DNA from: a virus
Taxonomy: Duplodnaviria > Caudoviricetes
DNA length: 64,000 nucleotides
Reading direction: 5' to 3' (one strand)
IMG/VR virus record: IMGVR_UViG_3300025875_000011
Coordinates: 1-64,000 of that record
Position 1 is the first letter of the stretch, and every line of letters starts with the position of its first letter. Under the pieces are notes generated by a model, which saw only the letters and a program-made list of their open reading frames with translations, was not told the origin of the DNA and ran no database searches. The translations under genes and the position numbers were made by a program. Below are positions 62,709 to 64,000 of this stretch, in pieces.

Positions 62709-64000
62709 GGGCCTCCACGGCCGCCGTCAGCGCGTCGACCTTGGCCTCGATCCGGTTCGACTTGTCGCCGAGCTGGTGGATCGCGGTCTTCGGGGCCACG
62801 TTCTCGTTGTCGGGGTTCGCGGTCAGCGCGCCCCCGTTCGGGACGTAGTCCTCGTCGAGGACGGCCTGGGCGATCTTGTGGAGCAGGTCGTCGTCGGCCT
62901 TCATCGCCGTGATCAGCGCGGGCACGACGGCCTTGACGACTTCGGATGTGGTGGTCATGGCGAACTGGTCCTCCTGGACTTCGGGTGGGTCGATCAGGGT
63001 GTAGCCGTTGCCCTCGACGAGGGCGTATCCGGCGTAGGTGAGCCCCCAGTGGACGCGGGGCATGGTGATGTCGCATTCCCCGATCCGGCCGTAGCGCGGA
63101 CCGGAGTCGGTCATGTCGGTGGACACGATCCGACGCCCGCCCAGGCCGACAGCGGCGTGGCCGTGGTCAGACGACCCGCCCGTCCAGTAGTGGTAGACCC
63201 CGGGCGGGATCTGGTCGTACTTCACGTCGGCGGCCTTCACGACCCGACCGTTGGCGACGGCCTTCTTCCAGCCGTCCTCCGCGTCCGCGGCCGCGTCACC
63301 GTCGTAGTCGCCGACCGATCCGGTCTGGCCGCACTCGTTGGTGAACTTCTGGCACCACGCGATCCCGTACGAGTCACCGACCCGGCCGCGCGCGTACGCG
63401 GCCAGAGCCTTTCCGTGGCGGGGGGCGAGCTTCACAGGGACCTCCTCGGTTGTGGGGAGCAGGTCGTCCCCGATCTTGAGCCAGGCGTCGTACCAGGCCC
63501 GTCGTGCGCTGATCCCGTTCGGGGTGGCGCTTGAGGTCGGGTTCCCGAGGTTCACGGCCCGCTGGGTGGCGAGGAAGTCGCCGCGGTTCCCGTACGCCCA
63601 GATCCCGTTCTTGCGCCAGAACCAGACCCCGCCGAGCCAGGCCCACCGGATCTCGGCCAGCTTCTTCGGGGAGTCGACGAACGTGTCCGGGTCCGACAGC
63701 AGGCCCCGCTCGGAGCACCACTTCCCGAACGCGGCGTAGTTGTCCTTCCACGTCACCATCTCGAACGTCCGCCCGATGAACGGTGCGTAGCGGCCGTTCT
63801 TCGCGTACTCCTCGGTGACGCGGAACGACGCGGACTCCTGGGCCATCGTGGCCAGGAACGCAGCCGCTCCCTTCACCGTCAGGCCCTCCGGGGCCGTCGA
63901 CAGGGCCGCGTCCGCTCCCGACGCGAGCACCGCCAGACTCGTCACCTGGCGGCCGTACGCGCCGGGGATGGCCCGTAGGACCTGCTCGACGTGCTTCGCG
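62659..64000 (-). CDS. Endolysin (partial at 5' end): GH19-like glycosidase + CHAP/NlpC-like amidase
   Basis: MAQESASFR...FIGR...TW..NY..FG...TQRAVN; AWCQKF...HGHAAVGLG; frame stays open upstream of 63945 to the window edge. Confidence 0.85.
   Translation of the reverse strand, partial: AKHVEQVLRAIPGAYGRQVTSLAVLASGADAALSTAPEGLTVKGAAAFLATMAQESASFRVTEEYAKNGRYAPFIGRTFEMVTWKDNYAAFGKWCSERGLLSDPDTFVDSPKKLAEIRWAWLGGVWFWRKNGIWAYGNRGDFLATQRAVNLGNPTSSATPNGISARRAWYDAWLKIGDDLLPTTEEVPVKLAPRHGKALAAYARGRVGDSYGIAWCQKFTNECGQTGSVGDYDGDAAADAEDGWKKAVANGRVVKAADVKYDQIPPGVYHYWTGGSSDHGHAAVGLGGRRIVSTDMTDSGPRYGRIGECDITMPRVHWGLTYAGYALVEGNGYTLIDPPEVQEDQFAMTTTSEVVKAVVPALITAMKADDDLLHKIAQAVLDEDYVPNGGALTANPDNENVAPKTAIHQLGDKSNRIEAKVDALTAAVEALGAAPFPDPAPPAPGA

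Noticed and set aside
1-64000. Integrase, reverse transcriptase (DGR/retron), tRNA or rRNA genes
   Set aside because: No recombinase or YxDD RT motifs and no cloverleaf-like sequence noticed by eye; tRNAscan/HMM searches would be needed to exclude them fully

Overview
Most of the genome of a high-GC, long-tailed (siphovirus-type) phage of an actinobacterial host, apparently circularly permuted: the window opens inside the distal-tail gene and closes inside the endolysin. Blocks: (1) minus-strand virion module (terminases, portal, MuF-like protein, scaffold, HK97-type capsid, head-tail connectors, major tail, -1 frameshifted tail chaperones, tape measure; 1-15706); (2) a 7-deazaguanine DNA-modification cluster (DpdA, FolE, QueE, QueD and a divergent QueD paralogue, no QueC seen) plus a ParB-like gene (15894-21542); (3) a G-rich non-coding region that probably holds the genome ends (22640-23560); (4) a plus-strand cassette of small early genes with shared leader motifs (23668-33033); (5) a long minus-strand arm with an ECF sigma factor, HNH and SNase nucleases, a conjugation-like module (membrane FtsK/TraB-like ATPase fused to GIY-YIG; a transglycosylase-EEP-M15 peptidase protein; small membrane proteins) preceded by a ~650-nt imperfect inverted repeat, secreted PLD and GDPD enzymes, ParB, DnaB, a replication initiator and a Rad52-like annealase (33087-59501); (6) a short plus-strand operon from a divergent promoter pair; (7) the lysis cassette followed by a tiny secreted-peptide ORF. 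No integrase, tRNA or CRISPR array was found. All family assignments come from motif recognition by eye; no searches were run.
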